NCBI GenBank assembly: GCA_964016885.1
Contig: OZ024741.1
Location: 256,680,001-256,744,000 of the forward strand
Reading direction: 5' to 3'
Length of the DNA stretch: 64,000 nucleotides
DNA from: Eledone cirrhosa
Taxonomy: Eukaryota
The notes beneath the pieces are model-generated. The model was given only the letters and a program-made list of their open reading frames with translations. It did no database searches and was not told the DNA's origin. Both the position numbers and the translations under genes were made by a program. Below are positions 10,201-21,760 of the stretch, in pieces (position 1 is the first letter of the stretch; each line of letters starts with the position of its first letter).

Positions 10201-12385
10201 TTCGGCTTACGAGTGTTTCGACTTGCGAGTGTTTTGACTTACGGGTGTTTTGATATACGAGTGTTTCGATACGAGTGTTCTGACTTACGAGTGTTCTGAC
10301 TTACGAGTGTTCTGACTTACGAGTGTTCTGACTTACGAGTGTTCTGACATACGTGTGTTCTGACTTACGAGTGTTCCGATTTACGAGTGTTTCGGCTTAT
10401 GAGTGTTTCGACTTACGAATGTTTTTGCTTACGGGTGTTTCGACTTACGAATGTTTTTGCTTACGAGTGTTTCGGCTTACGAGTGTTTCGACTTACGAAA
10501 ATAACAAATAGACGTGGTTTCAAATCTCTATGCTTTTCAAATTCATTACATTAATCTTTATTTACACGTTTCGCTTTACTAGTGTTTCGACTTACGAGTG
10601 TTTCGACTTACGAGTGTTTCGACTTACGAGTGTTTCGACTTACGAGTGTTTCGACTTACGAGTGTTTTGACTTACGAGTGTTCTGACTTACGAGTGTTCT
10701 GACTTACGAGTGTTTCGACTTACGAGTGTTCTGACTTACGAGTGTTCTGACTTACGAGTGTTCCGACTTACGAGTGTTTCGACTTACCAGTGTTTCGACT
10801 TACGAGTGTTTCGACTTACGAGTGTTTCGGCTTACGAGTGTTTTGACTTACGAGTGTTCTGACTACGAGTGTTCTGACTTACGAGTGTTTCGGCTTATGA
10901 GTGTTTCGACTTACGAGTGTGTCGGCTTATGAGTGTTTCGACTTACGAGTGTTTCGGCTTACGATTGTTTCGACTTACGAGTGTTTCGACTTACGAGTGT
11001 TTCGACTTACGGGTGTTTCGACTTACGAGTGTTTCGACTACGAGTGTTTCGACTTACGAGTGTTTCGGCTTACGAGTGTTTCGACATACGGGTGTTTCGA
11101 CTTACGGTGTTTCGGCTTACGAGTGTTTCGACTTACGAGTGTTCTGACTTACGAGTGTTTCGGCTTACGAGTGTTTCGACTTACGAGTGTTTCGGCTTAC
11201 GATTGTTTTGACTTACGAGTGTTTTGACTTACGGGTGTTTCGGCCTACGAGTGTTTCGACTTACGAGTGTTCTGACTTACGAGTGCACTGACTTACGAGC
11301 GTTTCGGCTTACGAGTGTTTCGACTTAAGAGTGTTCTGACTTACGAGTGTTTCGACTTACGAGCGTTCCGACTTACGAGTGTTTCGGCTTACGAGTGTTC
11401 CGACTTACGAGTGTTTCGACTTACGAGTGTTTCGACTTACGAGCGTTTTGTCTTACGAGTGTTTTGACTTACGGTGTTTCTGCTTACGAGTGTTTCGACT
11501 TACGAGTGTTAAGACCTACGGGTGTTTTGACATACGAGTGTTTCGACTTACGAGTGTTACGAGTGTTCTGACTTACGAGTGTTTCGACTTACGAGTGTTC
11601 TGACCTACGAGTGTTCTGACTTACGAGTGTTTCGACTTACGAGTGTTTTGACTTACGGGTGTTTCGACTTACGAGTGTTTCGACTTACGAGTGTTTCGAG
11701 TTACGGGTGTTTCGACTTACGAGTGTTTTGACTTACGAGTGTTAAGACTTACGGGTGTTTTGACATACGAGTGTTTCGATACGAGTGTTTCGACTTACGA
11801 GTGTTTTGACTTACGGGTGTTTTGACATACGAGTGTTTCGATACGAGTGTTTCGAGTACGAGTGTTTCGACTTACGAGTGTTTCGGCTTACGAGTGTTTC
11901 GACATACGGGTGTTTCGATTTACGGTGTTTCGGCTTACGAGTGTTTCGACTTACGAATGTTCTGACTTACGAGTGTTCTGACTTACGAGTGTTCTGACTT
12001 ACGAGTGTTCTGTCTTACGATTGTTCCGACTTACGAGTGTTTCGGCTTACGAGTGTTTCGGCTTACGAGTGTTTCTACTTACGAGTGTTTCGATTTACGA
12101 GTGTTTCGACTTACGAGTGCTTTGACTTACGGTGTTTCGGCTTACGAGTGTTTCGACTTACGAGTGTTTTGACTTACTGGTGTTTTGACATACGAGTGTT
12201 TCGATACGAGTGTTTCGACTTACGAGTGTTCTGACTTACGAGTGTTCTGACTTACGAGTGTTCTGACTTACGAGTGTTCTAACTTACGAGTGTTCTGACT
12301 TACGAGTGTTCTGACTTACGAGTGTTCCGACTTACGAGTGTTTCGGCTCACCAGTGTTTCGGCTTACGAGTGTTTCGACTTACGA

Positions 12386-12454
12386 AAATAACAAATAGAC
12401 GCGGTTTCAAATCTCTATGCTTTTCAAATTCATTACATTAATCTTTATTTATAC
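12386..12454 (+). repeat. 69-bp spacer, consensus haplotype
   Basis: AAATAACAAATAGACGCGGTTTCAAATCTCTATGCTTTTCAAATTCATTACATTAATCTTTATTTATAC. Also at 9573, 15024, 15728, 19832, 21812, 33908, 39837, 41250, 42549, 46074, 52064, 56491, 59410 and 60559. Confidence 0.93.
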
Positions 12455-12799
12455 GTTTCGCTTTACGAGTGTTTCGACTTACGAGTGTTTCGACTTACGA
12501 GTGTTTCGGCTTACGATTGTTTTGACTTACGAGTGTTTTGACTTACGGGTGTTTCGGCTTACGAGTGTTTCGACTTACGAGTGTTCTGACTTACGAGTGT
12601 TCTGACTTACGAGTGTTTCGGCTTACGAGTGTTTCGACTTACGAGTGTTGTGACTTACGAGTGTTTCGACTTACGAGCGTTCCGACTTACGAGTGTTTCG
12701 GCTTACGAATGTTCCGACTTACGAGTGTTTCGACTTACGAGTGTTTCGACTTACGAGCGTTTTGACTTACGAGTGTTTTGACTTACGGTGTTTCTGCTT

Positions 12800-15700
12800 A
12801 CGAGTGTTTCGGCTTACGAGTGTTTCGACTTACGAAAATAACAAATAGACGTGGTTTCAAATCTCTATGCTTTTCAAATTCATTACATTAATCTTTATTT
12901 ACACGTTTCGCTTTACTAGTGTTTCGACTTACGAGTGTTTCGACTTACGAGTGTTTCGACTTACGAGTGTTTCGACTTACGAGTGTTTCGACTTACGAGT
13001 GTTTTGACTTACGAGTGTTCTGACTTACGAGTGTTCTGAATTACGAGTGTTTCGACTTACGAGTGTTCTGACTTACGAGTGTTCTGACTTACGAGTGTTC
13101 CGACTTACGAGTGTTTCGACTTACGAGTGTTTCGACTTACGAGTGTTTCGGCTTACGAGTGTTTTGACTTACGAATGTTCTGACTACGAGTGTTCTGACT
13201 TACGAGTGTTTCGGCTTATGAGTGTTTCGACTTACGAGTGTTTCGGCTTATGAGTGTTTCGACTTACGAGTGTTTCGGCTTACGATTGTTTCAACTTACG
13301 AGTGTTTCGACTTACGAGTGTTTCGACATACGGGTGTTTCGACTTACGAGTGTTTCGACTACGAGTGTTTCGACTTACGAGTGTTTCGGCTTACGAGTGT
13401 TTCGACATACGGGTGTTTCGACTTACGGTGTTTCGGCTTACGAGTGTTTCGACTTACGAGTGTTCTGACTTACGAGTGTTCTGACTTACGAGTGTTCCGA
13501 CTTACGAGTGTTTCGGCTTACGAGTGTTTCGGCTTACGAGTGTTTCGGCTTACGAGTGTTTCGACTTACGAGTGTTTCGACTTACGAGTGTTTCGACTTA
13601 CGAGTGTGTTGACTTACGGTGTTTCGGCTTACGAGTGTTTCGACTTACGAGTGTTTTGACTTACTGGTGTTTTGACATACGAGTGTTTCGATACGAGTGT
13701 TTCGACTTACGAGTGTTCTGACTTACGAGTGTTCTGACTTACGAGTGTTCTGACTGACGAGTGTTCTAACTTACGAGTGTTCTGACTTACGAGTGTTCTG
13801 ACTTACGAGTGTTTCGACTTACGAGTGTTTCGGCTTACGATTGTTTTGACTTACGAGTGTTTTGACTTACGGGTGTTTCGGCCTACGAGTGTTTCGACTT
13901 ACGAGTGTTCTGACTTACGAGTGCACTGACTTACGAGCGTTTCGGCTTACGAGTGTTTCGACTTAAGAGTGTTCTGACTTACGAGTGTTTCGACTTACGA
14001 GCGTTCCGACTTACGAGTGTTTCGGCTTACGAGTGTTCCGACTTACGAGTGTTTCGACTTACGAGTGTTTCGACTTACGAGCGTTTTGACTTACGAGTGT
14101 TTTGACTTACGGTGTTTCTGCTTACGAGTGTTTCGACTTACGAGTGTTAAGACTTACGGGTGTTTTGACATACGAGTGTTTCGACTTACGAGTGTTACGA
14201 GTGTTCTGACTTACGAGTGTTTCGACTTACGAGTGTTCTGACCTACGAGTGTTCTGACTTACGAGTGTTTCGACTTACGAGTGTTTTGACTTACGGGTGT
14301 TTCGACTTACGAGTGTTTCGACTTACGAGTGTTTCGAGTTACGGGTGTTTCGACTTACGAGTGTTTTGACTTACGAGTGTTAAGACTTACGGGTGTTTTG
14401 ACATACGAGTGTTTCGATACGAGTGTTTCGACTTACGAGTGTTCTGACTTACGGGTGTTTTGACATACGAGTGTTTCGATACGAGTGTTTCGAGTACGAG
14501 TGTTTCGACTTACGAGTGTTTCGGCTTACGAGTGTTTCGACATACGGGTGTTTCGATTTACGGTGTTTCGGCTTACGAGTGTTTCGACTTACGAATGTTC
14601 TGACTTACGAGTGTTCTGACTTACGAGTGTTCTGACTTACGAGTGTTCTGACTTACGATTGTTCCGACTTACGAGTGTTTCGGCTTACGAGTGTTTCGGC
14701 TTACGAGTGTTTCGACTTACGAGTGTTTCGATTTACGAGTGTTTCGAATTACGAGTGCTTTGACTTACGGTGTTTCGGCTTACGAGTGTTTCGACTTACG
14801 AGTGTTTTGACTTACTGGTGTTTTGACATACGAGTGTTTCGATACGAGTGTTTCGACTTACGAGTGTTCTGACTTACGAGTGTTCTGACTTACGAGTGTT
14901 CTGACTTACGAGTGTTCTAACTTACGAGTGTTCTGACTTACGAGTGTTCTGACTTACGAGTGTTCCGACTTACGAGTGTTTCGGCTCACCAGTGTTTCGG
15001 CTTACGAGTGTTTCGACTTACGAAAATAACAAATAGACGCGGTTTCAAATCTCTATGCTTTTCAAATTCATTACATTAATCTTTATTTATACGTTTCGCT
15101 TTACGAGTGTTTCGACTTACGAGTGTTTCGACTTACGAGGGTTTCGGCTTACGATTGTTTTGACTTACGAGTGTTTTGACTTACGGGTGTTTCGGCTTAC
15201 GAGTGTTTCGACTTACGAGTGTTCTGACTTACGAGTGTTCTGACTTACGAGTGTTTCGGCTTACGAGTGTTTCGACATACGAGTGTTGTGACTTACGAGT
15301 GTTTCGACTTACGAGCGTTCCGACTTACGAGTGTTTCGGCTTGCGAATGTTCCGACTTACGAGTGTTTCGACTTACGAGTGTTTCGACATATGAGCGTTT
15401 TGACTTACGAGTGTTTTGACTTACGGTGTTTCTGCTTACGAGTGTTTCGACTTACGAGTGTTAAGACTTACGGGTGTTTTGACATACGAGTGTTTCGACT
15501 TACGAGTGTTTCGACTTACGAGTGTTTTGACTTACGGGTGTTTTGACATACGAGTGTTTCGATACGAGTGTTCTGACTTACGAGTGTTCTGACTTACGAG
15601 TGTTCTGACTTACGAGTGTTCTAACTTACGAGTGTTCTGACTTACGAGTGTTCTGACTTACGAGTGTTCCGACTTACGAGTGTTTCGGCTCACCAGTGTT

Positions 15701-18700
15701 TCGGCTTACGAGTGTTTCGACTTACGAAAATAACAAATAGACGCGGTTTCAAATCTCTATGCTTTTCAAATTCATTACATTAATCTTTATTTATACGTTT
15801 CGCTTTACGAGTGTTTCGAGTTACGAGTGTCTCGACATACGAGTGATTCGGCTAACGAGTGTTTTGATTTACGAGTGTTTTGACTTACGGGTGCTTCGAC
15901 TTACGCGTGTTTCGACTTACGAGTGTTTCGACTTACGAGTGTTTCGACTTACGATTGTTTCGGCTTACGAGTGTTTCGACTTACGAGTGTTCTAACTACG
16001 AGTGTTCTGACTTACGGGTGTTCTGACTTACGAGTGTTCCGACTTACGAGTGTTTCGGCTTATGAGTGTTTCGACTTACAAGTGCTTCGACTTACGAGTG
16101 TTTCGGCTTACGGGTGTTTCGACATACGAATGTTTTTGCTTACGAGTGTTTCGGCTTACGAGTGTTTCGGCTTATGAGTGTTTCGACTTACAAGTGTTTT
16201 GACTTACGGGTGTTTTGACATACGAGTGTTTCGATACGAGTGTTCTGACTTACGAGTGTTTCCGCTTACGAGTGTTTCGGCTTACGAGTGTTTCGACTTA
16301 CTAATGTTTTTACTTACGAGTGTTTCGGTGTACGAGTGTTTCGACTCAAGGATGTTTCGACTTACGAGTGTTTCGACTTACGAGTGTTTCGACTTACGAG
16401 TGTTTTGGCTTACGAATGTTTTGATTTACGGGTGTTTCGACTTACGGGTGTTTCGGCTTACGAGTGTTTCGACTTATGAGTGTTCCGACTTACGAGTGTT
16501 TCGACTTACGAGTGTTCTGACTACGAGTGTTCTGACTTACGGGTGCTCTGACTTACGAGTGTTTCGACTTACGAGTGTTTCGACTTATGAGTGTTTCGGC
16601 TTACGAGTGTTTTGACTTACGAGTGTTCTGACTACGAGTTTTCTGACTTACGAGTGTTTCGGCTTATGAGTGTTTCGACTTACGAGTGTTTCGGCTTATG
16701 AGTGTTTCGACTTACGAGTGTTTCGGCTTACGAGTGTTTCGACTTACGAGTGTTTCGACTTACGAGTGTTTCGACTTACGGGTGTTTCGACTTACGAGTG
16801 TTTCGACTACGAGTGTTTCGACTTACGAGTGTTTCGGCTTACGAGTGTTTCGACATACGGGTGTTTCGACTTACGGTGTTTCGGCTTACGAGTGTTTCGA
16901 CTTACGAGTGTTCTGACTTACGAGTGTTCTGACTTACGAGTGTTTCGGCTTACGAGTGTTTCGGCTTACGAGTGTTTCGACTTACGAGTGTTTTGACTTA
17001 CGGTGTTTCGGCTTACGAGTGTTTCGACTTACGAGTGTTTTGACTTACTGGTGTTTTGACATACGAGTGTTTCGATACGAGTGTTTCGACTTACGAGTGT
17101 TCTGACTTACGAGTGTTCTGACTTACGAGTGTTCTAACTTACGAGTGTTCTGACTTACGAGTGTTCTGACTTACGAGTGTTCCGACTTACGAGTGTTTCG
17201 GCTCACCAGTGTTTCGGCTTACGAGTGTTTCGACTTACGAAAATAACAAATAGACGCGGTTTCAAATCTCTATGCTTTTCATATTCATTACATTAATCTT
17301 TATTTATACGTTTCGCCTTACGAGTGTTTCAACTTACGAGTGTTTCGACTTACGAGTGTTTCGGCTTACGAGTGTTTCGACTTACGAGTGTTTTGACTTA
17401 CGGGTGTTTTGACATACGAGTGTTTCGATACGAGTGTTCTGACTTACGAGTGTTCTGACTTACGAGTGTTCTGACTTACGAGTGTTCTGACATACGTGTG
17501 TTCTGACTTACGAGTGTTCCGATTTACGAGTGTTTCGGCTTATGAGTGTTTCGACTTACGAATGTTTTTGCTTACGGGTGTTTCGACTTACGAATGTTTT
17601 TGCTTACGAGTGTTTCGGCTTACGAGTGTTTCGACTTACGAAAATAACAAATAGACGTGGTTTCAAATCTCTATGCTTTTCAAATTCATTACATTAATCT
17701 TTATTTACACGTTTCGCTTTACTAGTGTTTCGACTTACGAGTGTTTCGACTTACGAGTGTTTCGACTTACGAGTGTTTCGACTTACGAGTGTTTCGACTT
17801 ACGAGTGTTTTGACTTACGAGTGTTCTGACTTACGAGTGTTCTGAATTACGAGTGTTTCGACTTACGAGTGTTCTGACTTACGAGTGTTCTGACTTACGA
17901 GTGTTCCGACTTACGAGTGTTTCGACTTACGAGTGTTTCGACTTACGAGTGTTTCGGCTTACGAGTGTTTTGACTTACGAATGTTCTGACTACGAGTGTT
18001 CTGACTTACGAGTGTTTCGGCTTATGAGTGTTTCGACTTACGAGTGTTTCGGCTTATGAGTGTTTCGACTTACGAGTGTTTCGGCTTACGATTGTTTCAA
18101 CTTACGAGTGTTTCGACTTACGAGTGTTTCGACATACGGGTGTTTCGACTTACGAGTGTTTCGACTACGAGTGTTTCGACTTACGAGTGTTTCGGCTTAC
18201 GAGTGTTTCGACATACAGGTGTTTCGACTTACGGTGTTTCGGCTTACGAGTGTTTCGACTTACGAGTGTTCTGACTTACGAGTGTTCTGACTTACGAGTG
18301 TTCTGACTTACGAGTGTTCCGACTTACGAGTGTTTCGGCTTACGAGTGTTTCGGCTTACGAGTGTTTCGGCTTACGAGTGTTTCGACTTACGAGTGTTTC
18401 GACTTACGAGTGTTTCGACTTACGAGTGTGTTGACTTACGGTGTTTCGGCTTACGAGTGTTTCGACTTACGAGTGTTTTGACTTACTGGTGTTTTGACAT
18501 ACGAGTGTTTCGATACGAGTGTTTCGACTTACGAGTGTTCTGACTTACGAGTGTTCTGACTTACGAGTGTTCTGACTGACGAGTGTTCTAACTTACGAGT
18601 GTTCTGACTTACGAGTGTTCTGACTTACGAGTGTTTCGACTTACGAGTGTTTCGGCTTACGATTGTTTTGACTTACGAGTGTTTTGACTTACGGGTGTTT

Positions 18701-20320
18701 CGGCCTACGAGTGTTTCGACTTACGAGTGTTCTGACTTACGAGTGCACTGACTTACGAGCGTTTCGGCTTACGAGTGTTTCGACTTAAGAGTGTTCTGAC
18801 TTACGAGTGTTTCGACTTACGAGCGTTCCGACTTACGAGTGTTTCGGCTTACGAGTGTTCCGACTTACGAGTGTTTCGACTTACGAGTGTTTCGACTTAC
18901 GAGCGTTTTGACTTACGAGTGTTTTGACTTACGGTGTTTCTGCTTACGAGTGTTTCGACTTACGAGTGTTAAGACTTACGGGTGTTTTGACATACGAGTG
19001 TTTCGACTTACGAGTGTTACGAGTGTTCTGACTTACGAGTGTTTCGACTTACGAGTGTTCTGACCTACGAGTGTTCTGACTTACGAGTGTTTCGACTTAC
19101 GAGTGTTTTGACTTACGGGTGTTTCGACTTACGAGTGTTTCGACTTACGAGTGTTTCGAGTTACGGGTGTTTCGACTTACGAGTGTTTTGACTTACGAGT
19201 GTTAAGACTTACGGGTGTTTTGACATACGAGTGTTTCGACTTACGAGTGTTTTGACTTACGGGTGTTTTGACATACGAGTGTTTCGATACGAGTGTTTCG
19301 AGTACGAGTGTTTCGACTTACGAGTGTTTCGGCTTACGAGTGTTTCGACATACGGGTGTTTCGATTTACGGTGTTTCGGCTTACGAGTGTTTCGACTTAC
19401 GAATGTTCTGACTTACGAGTGTTCTGACTTACGAGTGTTCTGACTTACGAGTGTTCTGACTTACGATTGTTCCGACTTACGAGTGTTTCGGCTTACGAGT
19501 GTTTCGGCTTACGAGTGTTTCGACTTACGAGTGTTTCGATTTACGAGTGTTTCGAATTACGAGTGCTTTGACTTACGGTGTTTCGGCTTACGAGTGTTTC
19601 GACTTACGAGTGTTTTGACTTACTGGTGTTTTGACATACGAGTGTTTCGATACGAGTGTTTCGACTTACGAGTGTTCTGACTTACGAGTGTTCTGACTTA
19701 CGAGTGTTCTGACTTACGAGTGTTCTAACTTACGAGTGTTCTGACTTACGAGTGTTCTGACTTACGAGTGTTCCGACTTACGAGTGTTTCGGCTCACCAG
19801 TGTTTCGGCTTACGAGTGTTTCGACTTACGAAAATAACAAATAGACGCGGTTTCAAATCTCTATGCTTTTCAAATTCATTACATTAATCTTTATTTATAC
19901 GTTTCGCTTTACGAGTGTTTCGACTTACGAGTGTTTCGACTTACGAGGGTTTCGGCTTACGATTGTTTTGACTTACGAGTGTTTTGACTTACGGGTGTTT
20001 CGGCTTACGAGTGTTTCGACTTACGAGTGTTCTGACTTACGAGTGTTCTGACTTACGAGTGTTTCGGCTTACGAGTGTTTCGACTTACGAGTGTTGTGAC
20101 TTACGAGTGTTTCGACTTACGAGCGTTCCGACTTACGAGTGTTTCGGCTTGCGAATGTTCCGACTTACGAGTGTTTCGACTTACGAGTGTTTCGACATAT
20201 GAGCGTTTTGACTTACGAGTGTTTTGACTTACGGTGTTTCTGCTTACGAGTGTTTCGACTTACGAGTGTTAAGACTTACGGGTGTTTTGACATACGAGTG
20301 TTTCGACTTACGAGTGTTAC
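12800..20320 (+). repeat. Higher-order duplication, period about 4.8 kb (4806/4822/4808); boundaries approximate
   Basis: Offsets are 12836/17642 = 4806, 14017/18839 = 4822 and 15024/19832 = 4808. Shared rare variants include GTGTGTTGAC, TTCGAATTAC and GGCTTGCGAATG. Confidence 0.88.
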
Positions 20321-20679
20321 GAGTGTTCTGACTTAAGAGTGTTTCGACTTACGAGTGTTCTGACCTACGAGTGTTCTGACTTACGTGTGTTTCGACTTAC
20401 GAGTGTTTTGACTTACGGGTGTTTCGACTTACGAGTGTTTCGACTTACGAGTGTTTCGAGTTACGGGTGTTTCGACTTACGAGTGTTTTGACTTACGAGT
20501 GTTAAGACTTACGGGTGTTTTGACATACGAGTGTTTCGATACGAGTGTTTCGACTTACGAGTGTTTCGACTTACGGGTGTTTTGACATACGAGTGTTTCG
20601 AGTACGAGTGTTTCGACTTACGAGTGTTTCGGCTTACGAGTGTTTCGACTTACGAGTGTTCTGACCTACGAGTGTTCTG

Positions 20680-21760
20680 ACTTACGAGTGTTCCTACTTA
20701 CGAGTGTTTCGACTTACGAGTGTTTCGACTTGCGAGTGTTTCGACTTACGAATGTTCCGACTTACGAAAATAACAAATAGACGCGGTTTCAAATATCTAT
20801 GCTTTTCAAATTCATTACATTAATCTTTATTTATACGTTTCGCTTTACGAGTGTTTCGGCGTACGAGTGTTTCGACTTACGAGTGTTTTAACTTACGGTT
20901 GTTTCGACTTACGCGTGTTTCGACTACGAATGTTCCGACTTACGAGTGTTTCGACTTACGAGTGTTTCGACTTACGAGTGCTTTGACTTACGAATGTTTT
21001 GACTTACTTCGACTTACGAGTGATCTGACTTACGAGTGTTCCTACTTACGAGTGTTCTGACTTACGTGTGTTTCGACTTACGAGTGTTTTGACTTACGGG
21101 TGTTTCGACTTACGAGTGTTTCGACTTACGAGTGTTTCGAGTTACGGGTGTTTCGACTTACGAGTGTTTTGACTTACGAGTGTTAAGACTTACGGGTGTT
21201 TTGACATACGAGTGTTTCGATACGAGTGTTTCGACTTACGAGTGTTTTGACTTACGGGTGTTTTGACATACGAGTGTTTCGATACGAGTGTTCTGACTTA
21301 CGAGTGTTCTGACTTCCGAGTGTTCTGACTTACAAGTGTTCTGACTTACGAGTGTTCCGACTTACGAGTGATCTGACTTACGAGTGTTCCTACTTACGAG
21401 TGTTTCGACTTACGAGTGTTTCGACTTGCGAGTGTTTCGACTTACGAATGTTCCGACTTACGAAAATAACAAATAGACGCGGTTTCAAATATCTATGCTT
21501 TTCAAATTCATTACATTAATCTTTATTTATACGTTTCGCTTTACGAGTGTTTCGGCGTACGAGTGTTTCGACTTACGAGTGTTTTAACTTACGGTTGTTT
21601 CGAATTACGCGTGTTTCGACTACGAATGTTCCGACTTACGAGTGTTTCGACTTACGAGTGTTTCGACTTACGAGTGCTTTGACTTACGAATGTTTTGACT
21701 TACTTCGACTTACGAGTGATCTGACTTACGAGTGTTCCTACTTACGAGTGTTTCGACTTA
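20680..21760 (+). repeat. Local duplication, period 696 bp; boundaries approximate
   Basis: Spacers 20768/21464 and ORFs 20851/21547 are both offset by 696. Confidence 0.8.
20768..20836 (+). repeat. 69-bp spacer, haplotype D (CAAATATCTA)
   Basis: Present at 20768 and 21464. It carries an added TATTCATAC change at 39489, 42201, 45726, 51716 and 60211. Confidence 0.93.

Noticed and set aside
10621-10636. Mini-hairpin ACT-TACG-AGT (UNCG-like loop) in each monomer, with GGCTT and TACGGG variants keeping G-U pairs
   Set aside because: It has only a 3-bp stem without the C-G closing pair that stabilises UNCG loops. A>G transitions are common anyway, and there is no evidence of transcription.
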